Assembly: GCA_945923475.1 (NCBI GenBank)
Contig: CAMELE010000001.1
Location: 1-35,874, forward strand
DNA: 35,874 nt
DNA from: an uncultured Mollicutes bacterium
GTDB lineage: Bacteria; Bacillota_I; Bacilli_A; Acholeplasmatales; Anaeroplasmataceae
Direction: 5' to 3'
Shown: positions 34,434-35,874 of the stretch, piece by piece
Layout of the letters: each line of letters starts with the position of its first letter
Numbering within the stretch: position 1 is the first letter of the stretch
The notes under the pieces: model-generated
The model's input: only the letters and a program-made list of their open reading frames with translations
Database searches by the model: none
What the model was told of the DNA's origin: nothing
Made by a program: the position numbers and the translations under genes

Positions 34434-34610
34434 ATGCCAAATGCTAATAAAATTATATATTCATTAAGAATATATTTAGAATTAGAAAAGAAAGGAATAT
34501 ATCCAATAACAACAACCGCAAATCCGCGGAAGCCTAACTTTATGTGTTGGATATATGAAAAGACTCCGGAGTTAGTTTAGGCTCTGGATGAATTAATGGG
34601 CAAGAAATAA
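34434..34610 (+). CDS. small DUF5659-like protein (58 aa) with one in-frame TAG
   Basis: AAAGGAG RBS. MPNANKIIYSLRIYLELEKKGIYPI...NFMCWIYEKTPELV*ALDELMGKK. The family assignment is from memory of the motif. Confidence 0.45.
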
Positions 34611-35041
34611 TGAGCCTATTTAAGATTCATAAAGAAGTTTTATAGAGTGGTAATTTTACTTCAATAAACACTCCTACGTTGGGTTAGGCTACTGGGAGTT
34701 TAACATTGAATGGTTTAAGATTATATTTATATTTAGCTGGTAATACTAATAATTTTGTTTGGACTATGAATCCGACCGCCTATGCCAATTGGTTAGGAAA
34801 AGATTATTCAAAGGCGAGTGAAGCAAGGGCAGTCCGCAAGGCTATTGATGCTGGCATAAATGATTTAAAGAATAATAACTATTTAGTCGAAACCGCGGAA
34901 GGAAAATATGATTTTTATGATAATTGTAATGATTTTCCGGAACAAAAAGTTCCGAAAGGATAGGTTGTTATTCAAAAATAGACAATTAGTAATAGTAAAG
35001 TGGAACAAAAAGTTCCGAAAGAAGACAAATTTGAGTTTTAA
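34610..35041 (+). CDS. putative replication-initiator / replisome-organizer-like protein (winged-helix N-terminal domain); 143 aa if the three in-frame TAGs are read through, or ending at 34963 if the third TAG terminates
   Basis: ATG overlaps the preceding stop as TAATG. LNGLRLYLYLAGNTNNFVWTM...LGKDYSKASEARAVRKAIDAGINDL resembles DnaD / phage replisome-organizer wHTH domains. Track ORF 34706..34963 is the TAG-free core. The iteron cluster lies at its 3' end. Confidence 0.5.
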
Positions 35042-35176
35042 CATTAAATTCGGAACCGTTAGTTCCATTCATTTAAAATGTGATGAATTATTAGGGACTG
35101 CGGAACCGTTAGTTCCAAAATGCCCCTTATGTTTGGAACCGTTAGTTCCGAATTGCCTATATTTTCGGAACAAAAA
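34939..35176. promoter_or_regulatory. cluster of six 15-bp palindromes GGAAC-N5-GTTCC (three with AAAAA spacer, three with CGTTA spacer): iteron- or operator-like, putative replication origin
   Basis: GGAACAAAAAGTTCC at ~34939, 35005 and 35162. GGAACCGTTAGTTCC at ~35055, 35103 and 35136. Confidence 0.6.
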
Positions 35177-35180
35177 GTTC

Positions 35181-35222
35181 CTATTAATATATATATAATA
35201 GATAATATTTAATATATATCGG
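35181..35222. other. AT-rich tract directly after the iterons, candidate DNA-unwinding element
   Basis: attaatatatatataatagataatatttaatatatatc, essentially 100% A+T. Confidence 0.4.
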
Positions 35223-35265
35223 CTGGGTAATTCAGGGGCAGTAATGAGAGTAAAAGGAGTAAAAT

Positions 35266-35502
35266 ATGAGTTATAGTTATGAAGAAATAAGAGGCGGAAA
35301 AGGCAATCCTTCAATAGTAAGATTTGTAAGAGGAACGCAAGAACAGTTTGATAAGATGATAGATAAAACAAATATGATAAAGCCTGATCTATATATGAAA
35401 GATAATACTATTTATTTTGTTGTTCCAGACGATACAAAACCAGTAAAGGTAGCATTTGATAATGATAGATCTGAGTCAATAGAAGAAAATCCATTTCTTT
35501 AG
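35266..35502 (+). CDS. hypothetical protein (78 aa)
   Basis: ORF track. AAAAGGAG RBS. Confidence 0.55.
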   Translation: MSYSYEEIRGGKGNPSIVRFVRGTQEQFDKMIDKTNMIKPDLYMKDNTIYFVVPDDTKPVKVAFDNDRSESIEENPFL

Positions 35503-35669
35503 GAATTCATTTGATTTATAATAAATAATATATTATAATATAAATAATAAAAGAAAGAAATATAATTTTGAAGTGAAAACCGGGGTAGGTTATTTCTGTG
35601 TAAAGCAGGGGTATTTATTCCGGGGAACGATTCAAAAAATGAAATGAAAGTAAGGATTTGAAAACTGAA

Positions 35670-35874
35670 ATGAAATTTACAACTGAAGAACTGAAGAAGA
35701 ATAATGGAGAAAAGGTAGGCGTTTTCCGCAATTGGAATGTAATTGCTACTACTAAGAAAGAGTTTTTTAATAGGGAGAATACGCAAGGCGCATACCTTAT
35801 TTGGGATGACTGTAATAAATTAGTTTTTAATGGTAAGGTTCTTGGTCGAATTACTGAGCAAGGTAAGATAGAAT
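35670..35874 (+). CDS. 3'-partial hypothetical protein; runs off the window end
   Basis: ATG at 35670. Open frame MKFTTEELKKNNGEKVGVFRNWNVIATTKKEFFNRENTQGAYLIWDDCNKLVFNGKVLGRITEQGKIE... to the window end. Confidence 0.4.
   Translation, partial: MKFTTEELKKNNGEKVGVFRNWNVIATTKKEFFNRENTQGAYLIWDDCNKLVFNGKVLGRITEQGKIE

Noticed and set aside
34883-35371. Track ORFs 34883..35068(-), 34908..35198(+) and 35069..35371(-) over the palindrome cluster
   Set aside because: Low-complexity translations generated by the repeated GGAAC/GTTCC palindromes and the AT tract. Interpreted as a non-coding, or at most C-terminal readthrough, origin region.
1-35874. TGA reassignment (code 4, TGA read as Trp) as an alternative explanation for ORF-track gaps
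   Set aside because: TGA terminates many well-supported genes here (5843, 17318, 23371, 24077, 27521, 28264, 30155, 30397, 32640) and no gene requires in-frame TGA readthrough. All gaps are explained by TAG alone.

Overview
AT-rich (~33% GC) 35.9-kb segment that looks like a large tailed phage genome; lineage cannot be determined from sequence alone. Almost every gene is on the minus strand until a strand switch near 33.5 kb, where a plus-strand block begins.

Main content:
- A minus-strand tRNA array from about 0.8 to 13 kb: about 20 canonically folding tRNAs, an amber-suppressor tRNA (anticodon CUA), and several degenerate or apparently permuted tRNA units.
- At least five homing-endonuclease genes: two GIY-YIG, one classical HNH, and two HNH-type genes with triplicated zinc-finger modules.
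- Tens of small phage ORFs.
- A ~55-bp cassette (near-consensus sigma70 promoter, leader and RBS) repeated about 18 times, usually preceded by a terminator hairpin.
- A putative replication origin at the window end: an initiator-like gene followed by six GGAAC-N5-GTTCC palindromes and an AT-rich stretch.

Strongest signal: the amber codon TAG appears to be reassigned to a sense codon, most likely Gln. None of the ~50 genes checked ends in TAG (all end in TAA or TGA). In-frame TAGs interrupt at least eleven otherwise continuous genes. Three TAGs sit at positions occupied by CAA-encoded Gln in paralogous repeats, and one sits in the GIY-YIG 'YIGQS' motif. The cognate suppressor tRNA(CUA) is encoded in the array.

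The ORF track was computed with the standard code, so the recoded genes appear there as gaps.
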